64,000 bases of DNA, taken from the IMG/VR virus record IMGVR_UViG_3300027851_001140, positions 30,857 to 94,856 of that record. One strand, given 5' to 3'. The first letter of the stretch is position 1, and every line of letters starts with the position of its first letter. Positions 54,822 to 63,590 of this stretch are shown piece after piece. A program made the position numbers and the translations under genes. The notes beneath the pieces are model-generated. The model was not told the origin of the DNA, did not search any database, and saw only the letters and a list, made by a program, of their open reading frames with translations. The stretch is from a virus.

Positions 54822-55949
54822 ATGGCAAATCCGTATGCTTCTGGTCCCGGCGTCAAGGTGATGCGCTCTGCTCCCGACGTTCCTGCTACATCCGAAGATG
54901 GTATTCGTGGTGGTGTTCGTCTTGCAGGCGGTCGCAGCCGTACGTCTGCTGGTCCCGCTTTCGGTTCTAACGGGGAGATCAACGCCTCCTCGAAGAGAGA
55001 ACTGATGCAGGCAATTGGTCAGGTGCTCTCTCAGTCTCGCGACGAAGTGATCACCAAGCAGGCTTCTATTGAGAATGCTAATGAGCGTCTTGCTCACCTT
55101 CGTGAGGCGTACTTTGACAAGTCTGGAACCAAGTTCCAGGTTCTTGGAGAGGTCATTTCCGAGGAAATCTGGGAGACTCTTGGACGTGAGGGCTTCAGCC
55201 GTCGTCTTCTCTCCGTCATGCCCCTTAGTAAGGGACAGACAGGTCGCGTCAAGGTTCGTCGTAAGGACGTTGTGGCCTTCCAGGTTACAACCGATGTAAA
55301 GGTTCAGGAACAGAGAATCCGTCAGCCTTACGTCTATCCTCCTGAGTTCTATCTCATCGCGAACATCCTTATCGAGGATAAGGAAGTAGAGCAGGCTTCT
55401 ACAGACCTTCTCGACGAGAAGTTCCAGGATGGTCTTGAGGCGATTCTTCGTCGTGAGGACTTGATCACACGCGCTCTTTTGAACCGTGCGGCCACAACCT
55501 TCAACGACCTCGTTCTCTTCACCACCTTCAACCCCTCCGTTCTCACCACCCTGCGTACCCAGGTGAACCGTTGGGGTACTCCAGCGGCAACCATGGTCAT
55601 CGCATGGGATATCTGGGATGACATCATCGCAGACGCAGATTTCGTTGCTTGGTGGGACCAGGTTCACAAGCACGAACTGATTCTTGAGGGTCGTCTTGGT
55701 TCCATGCTTGGCATGGAGATCATCACCGACGGTTACCGCTATGACACCTTGCAGGTTCTTCAGCCTGGTGAGGTTTATGTCACGGCTTCCCCAGTGACTC
55801 TTGGAACCATCACCCAGCGTAAGGAGCTGGACTCACGTGCGATCGATACCTACAACCAGGGTCGTCCGGCTCGTGGTTGGTTCATGGAGCAGATCCAGGG
55901 CCAGGTGATCGTAAACGGTCGTGCAGTAGACCGCGGCGTTAGAGTCTGA
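54822..55949 (+). CDS. Major capsid protein (HK97 fold)
   Basis: 375 aa, strongly biased codons, canonical position, strong terminator; REGFSRRLL...PPEFYLIAN...AILRRED...GRLGSMLGMEIITD. Confidence 0.85.
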   Translation: MANPYASGPGVKVMRSAPDVPATSEDGIRGGVRLAGGRSRTSAGPAFGSNGEINASSKRELMQAIGQVLSQSRDEVITKQASIENANERLAHLREAYFDKSGTKFQVLGEVISEEIWETLGREGFSRRLLSVMPLSKGQTGRVKVRRKDVVAFQVTTDVKVQEQRIRQPYVYPPEFYLIANILIEDKEVEQASTDLLDEKFQDGLEAILRREDLITRALLNRAATTFNDLVLFTTFNPSVLTTLRTQVNRWGTPAATMVIAWDIWDDIIADADFVAWWDQVHKHELILEGRLGSMLGMEIITDGYRYDTLQVLQPGEVYVTASPVTLGTITQRKELDSRAIDTYNQGRPARGWFMEQIQGQVIVNGRAVDRGVRV

Positions 55950-55960
55950 GGCTAACCTTC

Positions 55961-56004
55961 TTAAAAAGAAAAGCCCCGTAAGGTTACGGGGCTTTTCTTT
56001 TTAA
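55961..56004 (+). terminator. Intrinsic terminator after the major capsid gene
   Basis: TTAAAAAGAAAAGCCCCGTAA-GG-TTACGGGGCTTTTCTTTTTAA, 21-bp arms. Confidence 0.9.
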
Positions 56005-56005
56005 C

Positions 56006-56033
56006 TTGCAACCACAGCCTTATGTAGTACCAT
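56006..56033 (+). promoter_or_regulatory. Sigma70-like promoter giving a leaderless transcript of the endonuclease gene
   Basis: TTGCAA-N16-TACCAT-N7-ATG, no SD. Confidence 0.45.
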
Positions 56034-56040
56034 TCCGTCT

Positions 56041-57690
56041 ATGGATCAAATACAGAGCCTACTGTGTCGCTGGGCCAAGGGGGAGAAGCTCGGCTCTATA
56101 GCAGCAGACCTCGGTGTTAAACGAGGAGATGTGAGAAAGATTTTAGGAATACCCCCCAAGGGGTCCAACGAGATATATCCGTTTCGAGTGTCGTTACTTG
56201 CCCCTCACCTTACAGTCGTAGGCATAGAGAAAAGGAAATCCGAGTCTGGAGCGGGTACTGTCTATCTAACAGTAAGAGACGCACGAAACGGAACCTCAGG
56301 GTCTCTTCCTAGCGAAGAGCTGACGTATAAGTTGCGTTCAGACCCTATGGTATACTTATTTTCGGATCCTCCATCTTCAAGGGAAGCATCTCTTAATTCC
56401 ATTTTAGCAGGGAAGAGCGAACAGGATGCCGCCATTGTGCTGAGATGGGCCCGAGGAGAATCCTTGTCAAAAATTGCTAAAGAGGTCGGACAGAGCCGAG
56501 GAAGGATGTCTTTACGCCTAGGGCTGCCCCAAGGGTACAGCGAGGATTATTTTCGGATACGACTACAGGCCTCCTCTTCGAATTTTAGCTTGGTAGGGGT
56601 TAGGAACTCTGCCAAATCTACTGATAAAGTTCTGAAGATCCGAGACAACAGAACAGGAAAAGAGACCGAGCACCCGTCTTCCTGGGTATTCAAGTGCTTA
56701 GGAGAGGACCCTGAGTACACCTTCTTTCCTTCAACAGACGAGGTGATGAGAAAAAGATTCCGGAATGGTACCACCACCCTAGTCAACGGCATGACTCAAA
56801 GACAATATGCCCAAAAAATAGGGTCATCCTACGCAACCGTTAACGTGGCTGTCCGAAGGTTTGGGGACGAAGCTGCTTCTATCCTCGACAGTTTCTCTAG
56901 AACTGAATCCACTCTAGAAAATGTTGCGGCATCCTGGTTCGACAGTGACGTAGTGATCATCAGAAACAAGAAGCTGGATGGTACACCCTACTTTCCAGAT
57001 ATTCTGCTTCCAGAATTCAAGATCATAATAGAATGTGACGGGCTGTTTTGGCATTCTGAGGCCCAAAAACCGGATAAGAATTACCATAAGAAAAAGAGGG
57101 ATGCTTACTTGGCGCATGGGTTTAGGCCCTTCTTCTTCAGAGAAGACGAGATATTGTCCAACCCGAGTATCTGTAGGTCCATAGCCCATAACTTCATGGG
57201 TAAGAACTTAAAGGTTTTTGCACGCACCACCAAAGTTGTGGGTGGAGACGCTTCCTTTTTTTCTTCTTTTCACCTTATGGGGAAAGGAAGTGGGACAGTG
57301 TACTCTTTGGTGGACAAGAACGGAGACACTCTTGCATCAATACAGGTGAAGTTCAAATCTGTCAGAGACAAGGTACTCGATGTGTCCAGGTTCTGCTCTA
57401 AGCCAGGGGTGACCGTTGTAGGAGGATTCTCCAAGTTGGTGTCTCACGCTATAAGAGAACTTCAGCCAAACAAGGTTCAGACATTTATAGATTTGAGATA
57501 CGGGGATGGAACTTATTTGAAGTCTTTAGGGTGGAACCTAGTCAGTCAGCATCTGTCTTTTGTATGGACTGACGCCAGAGGAAACTCATTTCACCGAATG
57601 AAGTTTCCTGGCAGCACAGGACATCAAAACGGAATGCTTCGGGTGTGGGATTGCGGGCAAGCAAAGTGGGAACTGAACCTAAACCCTTAG
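56041..57690 (+). CDS. Free-standing homing-endonuclease-like protein: tandem HTH modules, Vsr/DUF559-type nuclease and GNAT-like C-terminal domain
   Basis: PDILL...IIECDGLFWHS...FFREDE; VSRFCSK...GGFSKL...TFIDLRY...VWDCG. Confidence 0.75.
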   Translation: MDQIQSLLCRWAKGEKLGSIAADLGVKRGDVRKILGIPPKGSNEIYPFRVSLLAPHLTVVGIEKRKSESGAGTVYLTVRDARNGTSGSLPSEELTYKLRSDPMVYLFSDPPSSREASLNSILAGKSEQDAAIVLRWARGESLSKIAKEVGQSRGRMSLRLGLPQGYSEDYFRIRLQASSSNFSLVGVRNSAKSTDKVLKIRDNRTGKETEHPSSWVFKCLGEDPEYTFFPSTDEVMRKRFRNGTTTLVNGMTQRQYAQKIGSSYATVNVAVRRFGDEAASILDSFSRTESTLENVAASWFDSDVVIIRNKKLDGTPYFPDILLPEFKIIIECDGLFWHSEAQKPDKNYHKKKRDAYLAHGFRPFFFREDEILSNPSICRSIAHNFMGKNLKVFARTTKVVGGDASFFSSFHLMGKGSGTVYSLVDKNGDTLASIQVKFKSVRDKVLDVSRFCSKPGVTVVGGFSKLVSHAIRELQPNKVQTFIDLRYGDGTYLKSLGWNLVSQHLSFVWTDARGNSFHRMKFPGSTGHQNGMLRVWDCGQAKWELNLNP

Positions 57691-57706
57691 CTATTCCTTT
57701 GTATTT

Positions 57707-57985
57707 ATGCCATGTAGCATGAATACACATAGCCGAATTAGATTACTGAAGGTGGCGAACGAAGCCAGATTGCTTCACTATTTGTCTTCCTTTGTACAAG
57801 AAATGGGAGAGATGTCTAACAAAGCCAACTCTCACGCTAAAGCAATGGACTCTGCTCTCAAGTCTAGAAACATAGGAGATTTGTCTTCTGCTATCCTAGA
57901 GAATAGAAAGACGGCAGAACGAATGGAAGTACTGCTGCAAAGGTTTGAGAGAATAATACGAAAGTTGACTGAAGGGGAACCATGA
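57707..57985 (+). CDS. Hypothetical head-module protein
   Basis: RLLKVAN motif; ATGA coupling. Confidence 0.65.
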   Translation: MPCSMNTHSRIRLLKVANEARLLHYLSSFVQEMGEMSNKANSHAKAMDSALKSRNIGDLSSAILENRKTAERMEVLLQRFERIIRKLTEGEP

Positions 57986-58341
57986 GACCTGACCTTCAAA
58001 AGAGATTCCTAAAGGTATCTGATAACTTAGACAGGCTAGAGCACATTGCGTCTATACTAGAAATATCAGACGGAACTTCTCCACGATCACTCGTAGCCTC
58101 TGCCGCTATTGTGGGAGCCGAGTTTATTGCTGCTGCCACAGGACATCAGAACGATTCGGCTGTCATTTATAGAGCTTATGAAGAGATTGTGGCTAGTCTC
58201 GATAGTAGTCCTTCTATTCATGAGATGTTGACTAACAACAAGGTTAGAAAGAATAAGAGAGCAGAAGTTGTACGAACAGCCTCTGCCCACATACAGAGAT
58301 TTAGATCTCTTATTGCTTCCCTGGGTGTCGCAAATGAATGA
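57982..58341 (+). CDS. Hypothetical head-module protein
   Basis: RFLKVSD motif; RBS present. Confidence 0.65.
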   Translation: MRPDLQKRFLKVSDNLDRLEHIASILEISDGTSPRSLVASAAIVGAEFIAAATGHQNDSAVIYRAYEEIVASLDSSPSIHEMLTNNKVRKNKRAEVVRTASAHIQRFRSLIASLGVANE

Positions 58342-58993
58342 TATAGTACAGCGTATTCTCTTAGTGGCATCAAAGTCCAAGAAGAAAAAGAAGTACGGAA
58401 AAGAAGTAGAGAACGCCTTTGACGATCTTCTTACGTATTTCGTTGAGGTATCTGACTACACAAAAAACGATAGAGCCCTTCGTCTTCTAACAAGAATACA
58501 AAAGGCGTTGACCTCTGAGGGTTACTCTTTTTGTGCGAAAGCCATGCCTGCTACTCCCGAGATGCTTTCCTCTACGTCAGGAAGGTCAGTGCAGAAGAAA
58601 CACCTACTATGCTCTGGAGGGCTATGTACTCTTCTGAAAACAAAACCAGCCTACGGACTTGAAAGAGATGCCATAATTAGGCTGGTTGAATATCTCGGAA
58701 GTAAACAGTGTTATAGGTTTGAAATCTCCCCGAAAGAAAAGTCACTTATTAGAAAAACTGGAGTGAATTACAGTCTTCCTAAGCCATTGACTTGGGCCAA
58801 ACTCGAAAATCATGGCATAGTGAGAGAACCCATAGTAACTTCAGACCATAGAATTCTGATGGAGGAGTTTCTTATAGACGGAGTAAGAGCCTACACCTTT
58901 GACAGGCTGTCTTTCTATACCCCCAACGCTGGAATGTGCCGTCGTTGGGTAGAAGGCCTAGACAGGGCCATTGATTCAGCGCTAAACAAGTAA
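58334..58993 (+). CDS. Hypothetical head-module protein
   Basis: ATG 58334 overlaps the end of the previous gene; RILLVAS motif. Confidence 0.65.
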   Translation: MNDIVQRILLVASKSKKKKKYGKEVENAFDDLLTYFVEVSDYTKNDRALRLLTRIQKALTSEGYSFCAKAMPATPEMLSSTSGRSVQKKHLLCSGGLCTLLKTKPAYGLERDAIIRLVEYLGSKQCYRFEISPKEKSLIRKTGVNYSLPKPLTWAKLENHGIVREPIVTSDHRILMEEFLIDGVRAYTFDRLSFYTPNAGMCRRWVEGLDRAIDSALNK

Positions 58994-58994
58994 T

Positions 58995-60422
58995 ATGAAA
59001 CTCAGATTTCTAACTGCTGATAAGATTACGGACCCAGAATCAGCCTCTAGGGTACTCACCAAGTACCTAAACAAAGATGTGCTGATGGCCTTGGATTCTC
59101 AGTCTTTTGAAGGCACCCTTCTTTCGTCATCTACCAAAGAGGGAACAGTTCGAGTTAAGTTTCTTTGGGTCGTTGATGAGGACGACACTAAGTCAGACGT
59201 GGAACACATCCAAAGGTACGCAAGGTCAAAGATTGGGTCGGTTGTCAGATTCAAGGTAGGAACAGATGAATTCGTGGGCATTCTTACTGGTGTTACAGAT
59301 TTTCCAAAGGGTTCCACCTTTGAAAGATATGTGAATGTTCCTTTCGTTCTCAGTTTTGCTTTCTCTTCCGAAGACCAGCGCCCTCTTATCTCGGCTGCAG
59401 CGAAAGAAAAGGAAAGCGGAATCATAGGTATAAGTGTTCCCCAAAACATAGCGGAAAAACTGCCTCTTGATCCTTCTATGGAGTATGAGCCACACATCAC
59501 TGTGATGTATTTTCCTGCTTTGTCCGTAGAGGACGCTGAGACTCTAATTCCAATAATACGAGATGTGGCTGAAAGTGTTGGGACCTTTGACGTAGTATTG
59601 GATGGGACCACTACGTTCCCCACCCCACAGAAAGACGGTACGTACCCTCATGTGGCTAAGGTAAAGTCTAAGTCACTAAAGGACCTCCACAATAAGCTGT
59701 TAGAGGCTATAGAATTCGTCAAGCCGGGTCTTATAGATACAACTTTCACTGGAAAGAACTTCAATCCTCACGTGACACTTAGGTACAGTAACAGCTCAAC
59801 AAATTATTCCAGCGTAAAATCTCTAGCGTGGAAAGTGTCTGGGTTGGAGATAAACGTGGGGAAAGACAACAAGTGGCCCATACCTCTTACCAGAAGGGTA
59901 GAGGCAGACTATTCGTCGCAGTCCTACCTTCAGTGGGGAGATGTGAGAGTTCCTGTAGAGATTCTTTCACTAAAAGACGGGGATATGAGAATCCGTTTGA
60001 TAGATTCGTCAAAGAACTTAGACGTAGACGACATGGAGGGGCACCAAGTCACGTTAGTAACGGATAAGGCAGAACAGGAAATAGACATACTGGAGACTAG
60101 AGAAATGGGGCCTGACGGGTTTCAGATATTCTATCGAACACTAGTCACATACATGCCAAAATCGGCCGCTCACAAGCTGTCCCGCGTAGCATCAGAAGCT
60201 AGAAAAAGGGGACAAATGGAACTTGCCAACAAGTTATCTAAGTTTTTGGATTTTAGTGCTGAGGATGAGTCTGAGTCTGAGGATGAGGATAAAGAGGCTT
60301 TGGGCCCAGGATTTGAGGGAACCGACTCTAGGATAGTTACTTACGTTAAGGCTCCGCAAACACAAACCGTAGTAAAAGAACCAAAATTCACTAGGAGTCT
60401 GCCTCTTCACGAAAGAATATAA
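58995..60422 (+). CDS. Multidomain protein with central 2H phosphoesterase (LigT/Acb1-like) domain
   Basis: Two HxT motifs, EPHITV (His at 59493) and NPHVTL (His at 59769), 92 aa apart. Confidence 0.8.
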   Translation: MKLRFLTADKITDPESASRVLTKYLNKDVLMALDSQSFEGTLLSSSTKEGTVRVKFLWVVDEDDTKSDVEHIQRYARSKIGSVVRFKVGTDEFVGILTGVTDFPKGSTFERYVNVPFVLSFAFSSEDQRPLISAAAKEKESGIIGISVPQNIAEKLPLDPSMEYEPHITVMYFPALSVEDAETLIPIIRDVAESVGTFDVVLDGTTTFPTPQKDGTYPHVAKVKSKSLKDLHNKLLEAIEFVKPGLIDTTFTGKNFNPHVTLRYSNSSTNYSSVKSLAWKVSGLEINVGKDNKWPIPLTRRVEADYSSQSYLQWGDVRVPVEILSLKDGDMRIRLIDSSKNLDVDDMEGHQVTLVTDKAEQEIDILETREMGPDGFQIFYRTLVTYMPKSAAHKLSRVASEARKRGQMELANKLSKFLDFSAEDESESEDEDKEALGPGFEGTDSRIVTYVKAPQTQTVVKEPKFTRSLPLHERI

Positions 60423-61117
60423 TGCCTTACTCCAGCATTCAGGATCTTCCATCACAGGTGTCTTCTCTTCCTCCATCAGCGAAGAAGGTATGGATGAATG
60501 CATACGAAAATGCAGGACCTGATATAGATAACAAGTTCTCTTATGCGTGGGGAGCGGTCAAGAAAACATGGAAGAAAACAGAAAAGGGATGGGTTAAAAA
60601 AGCCATGACGAATACCTCGCAAGAAAAACGAATGTTGCTAGTAGCACAGAAAATGAGAAGCATGGTGAAGGCTGATGTAGAGAAAACAGCACACCCCGCG
60701 CTACTTGCTTTGGTGAGGGCGTTAGGTCCCATGATTGCAAAGCTGGGTCCGAAGGTTCTCAGTTTCGCTAAAAACCTTCCTCCAGATATGTGGGCTGACA
60801 TAGCTGGAAACGTAGCTCAGATGATAGGCCAAGGAGCGCGACAAGTAGCGCAGCAGGCTGGAGGGGCAGGAGCTAACCAAAGGTCTGCTTCTGTGCAAGA
60901 AGAAAAGAAAAGAGTGGCAGAAGTAATCGCAGCAACAGCTAAACGATTGGACGCTCATGGCGTCGCCAGTTCTCTTCCTCTTGCTAAAGTAATGGTCTTG
61001 TCCTCTCTTCGCGCTATAGCTTCACACAAGAAAAATCCTCAAAAGAAAATGGCTGATGCTCTTCGCATGATAGAAGAAGCAAAGGCAGAAATATCTATCA
61101 TTAGAGAGTTTTTCTGA
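60422..61117 (+). CDS. ChaB-domain protein with helical C-terminal extension
   Basis: MPYSSIQDLP...LPPSAKKVWMNAYE...AWGAVKKTWKK...WVKK. Confidence 0.85.
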   Translation: MPYSSIQDLPSQVSSLPPSAKKVWMNAYENAGPDIDNKFSYAWGAVKKTWKKTEKGWVKKAMTNTSQEKRMLLVAQKMRSMVKADVEKTAHPALLALVRALGPMIAKLGPKVLSFAKNLPPDMWADIAGNVAQMIGQGARQVAQQAGGAGANQRSASVQEEKKRVAEVIAATAKRLDAHGVASSLPLAKVMVLSSLRAIASHKKNPQKKMADALRMIEEAKAEISIIREFF

Positions 61118-61959
61118 TGGATACTCTACCTCTAGATCAGCAGAAAAAGGCAGTTCTCTACGCGCCAAAAGAACTTCTGTGGAAGATCGTAGAGGAGGAG
61201 TCTGCTTGGCTTAAGTTGTTCAAGGTCCTTCCAGAGGAATATTATTCCCAATTTTTGGGAAGATTGAGGCTGCTTGGCGTGAACTCGGAAGACCAGATAC
61301 GTAATATGGCTAAGGTTTACGTACAAAACAAGGTGAGGCTAGATCATCTGCAGGAAGCAGTGGCTACGGTATGGAGCCCATCGGATTTAGAAGACGCTAC
61401 CTCATGGCTGAAGGCTAACGGCTTTTTAAACAGGCCTCTCATGCCTCTAAACCTCCAGGCTTCCACTGATCTGACAGAAGACGAGGTAAGAGAAGTAGTG
61501 GCGGAGGCTGCGGCGGTTCCTCACGCAACGCGTACTCGCCTGGCTAGGGCAGGTAAAGGCTCTCCAAAGGTCGGCCACCCTCCTGAAGGAGCAAGTCCAG
61601 AAGCAGAGAAGTGCTGGAACTCCGTTTTAAAAGATCCTAAGAGGAGAAAGATGATTCTCTCTCCTAAGAGAGAGGGAGATCAGTGGGCCTTAGCTCATAA
61701 GTTTTGGGCTAAGGAATGCGCAAAGCGCAGAGTCCCCATGTATGTTTCTCCTGCAGGATCTGGCTCGTGCTCCATTCACGCCACAAACACCCTGGCTAGA
61801 TCCATAAACGAGTTGCACAATGGTATGTGCTACGACGGGTATACCATGTCGAGACCAGCCTCCAGGCTTCTCAAGCAGTTGTTCGACCAACTAGCTAAAG
61901 ATGGGTATAACCTAGGCACCTGGACTGCAGTGCGCCCCAAAAAACCTAAAGGAACGTGA
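61117..61959 (+). CDS. Hypothetical protein
   Basis: 280 aa, TGATG coupling. Confidence 0.7.
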   Translation: MDTLPLDQQKKAVLYAPKELLWKIVEEESAWLKLFKVLPEEYYSQFLGRLRLLGVNSEDQIRNMAKVYVQNKVRLDHLQEAVATVWSPSDLEDATSWLKANGFLNRPLMPLNLQASTDLTEDEVREVVAEAAAVPHATRTRLARAGKGSPKVGHPPEGASPEAEKCWNSVLKDPKRRKMILSPKREGDQWALAHKFWAKECAKRRVPMYVSPAGSGSCSIHATNTLARSINELHNGMCYDGYTMSRPASRLLKQLFDQLAKDGYNLGTWTAVRPKKPKGT

Positions 61960-63590
61960 CAATGAACTCAAGGCTACATCTTGAAAGAAGGGCCATCTTA
62001 CTTCAGAAGGTGGCCAGCGAGCTATTGTCCAATCCAAAAATTAAGATAGCAACACTGGCTAATCTCATAGGAGATCCAACTATCTTCGACAAGGATATCA
62101 GCTCCATCTTGTCCGTTCTTTATTCGCATGATAATCTAAAGGGAGAAGGTCTTCCTGCACTTCACCAGCCTATAGAACTCTTGGGGACACTTATTAAGGA
62201 CCTAGAAAGTAGGGGATATAAACTTCCTGCCTCACGAAAGAGGTACCAGTGGATTGACACGACCACAAGCGGAAGGTTCAAAAACCCGTCTCCCAATTTT
62301 TCTGGAGGAGAGTTCTCTGCACTGGACAAGCCACTTCGTCGTTTACGTGATAAATTGTACGAGCTTAGATTTCACGATGATAATGACCCTCATGTAGGAG
62401 GAAGAACCGGAAAGGATATGGTGTCTCTGATAGACACTCTGGTCTCTTCCGTCAAGAAATTGGCTACAGAAGGTCAGTCTTACGTTATCGGAGAAGATAG
62501 CGTAAGAGAAAACAAAGAAAGAAGCGAGTACTTAGACAAGAGGTATGATGATTTTGCTGCTGCCATAAATGCTTCCGCAGGAACTTCTCCTGAAGGTCCT
62601 ATCATCACCCTGTACTTCTTGAACTCCTATGCAGAAGTTGCAGGCACTAAGCCTCGCTGGTATGCAGTTGCGCCCTGGAATCTTCGTTACCTTACGAGTG
62701 CGGTGCTTGCAGTTCGACCCAACTGGGATCCTGCCGCAAACACTAAGAAAGAGTGGATAGGAAACATACTAACTTCCACTCCTAACTACCACATATCTGT
62801 GATGTTCCATGACAAGGGAACTCCAGAAGAGTGGGCAAAGGCTATTAATGCCATAGAGGATAGATCTAAGGGAACCATAAAAGCCAGTCTAGTTGGAAGA
62901 AAGGCCACCTTTACCTCTCCGTATAAAGAAAAGCTAGATAGGGTGGTAGAGCTACTGGAGAATAAGTTCGATGCTGCCAGAGGACTTCTCCGAGGCATGC
63001 GCTCCGTAGATGAGCTAGAGGCAGAAACTGAAGCACTGGACGAAATAAGCGAACCGGGAGAAACCGACGACACTCGATTGGTAACCTTAGTCAAGCTTCC
63101 CTTTGGTCCAGATAAAATTGATGATGCTTTCCCGAGTGTGAACATAAAGGAAGAATCATTCTTAGGAAAGCATCTTTCTAGATTTACCCTGGAGCTTATC
63201 AAGAAGAATAGGTTTTCTGGGTTCGTTGAGTTTGATGACAAGTATAGAATGATTCTTCTGTGGGCAAACTCTCCTGGCGATGAACAGAAGGATGAACAGG
63301 GACTGTCTTTCCGGGATCACTTGGTGCAACTTCTTGGAGACTACAAATCCAACTTTTCATCTATACTAGGGCAGGAGCCCGAAGTAGTAAGAACTAAGAC
63401 AGGCGCTGCTCTGTACTTTCCAAAACCATCTAGCCTAGTCAGATTGGTAAAGCAGAGATCGGCCATAGAGAAAACCATAGACGAAATAAACAAAGAGCTA
63501 GAATCTGTGGAGCAACACACTCGTATAGAAAGAGGGTTTAATCGTTCCCTCTCTGACGACGAGTTTCCTGTCAGCATGGAAGAGGGATGA
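61956..63590 (+). CDS. Hypothetical head-module protein
   Basis: 544 aa; LLQKVASELL motif at the N-terminus. Confidence 0.7.
   Translation: MTMNSRLHLERRAILLQKVASELLSNPKIKIATLANLIGDPTIFDKDISSILSVLYSHDNLKGEGLPALHQPIELLGTLIKDLESRGYKLPASRKRYQWIDTTTSGRFKNPSPNFSGGEFSALDKPLRRLRDKLYELRFHDDNDPHVGGRTGKDMVSLIDTLVSSVKKLATEGQSYVIGEDSVRENKERSEYLDKRYDDFAAAINASAGTSPEGPIITLYFLNSYAEVAGTKPRWYAVAPWNLRYLTSAVLAVRPNWDPAANTKKEWIGNILTSTPNYHISVMFHDKGTPEEWAKAINAIEDRSKGTIKASLVGRKATFTSPYKEKLDRVVELLENKFDAARGLLRGMRSVDELEAETEALDEISEPGETDDTRLVTLVKLPFGPDKIDDAFPSVNIKEESFLGKHLSRFTLELIKKNRFSGFVEFDDKYRMILLWANSPGDEQKDEQGLSFRDHLVQLLGDYKSNFSSILGQEPEVVRTKTGAALYFPKPSSLVRLVKQRSAIEKTIDEINKELESVEQHTRIERGFNRSLSDDEFPVSMEEG

Noticed and set aside
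54786-55673. 295 aa antisense ORF over the capsid gene, and many other antisense track ORFs
   Set aside because: Shadow frames caused by codon bias of the real gene; no RBS or recognisable motifs.
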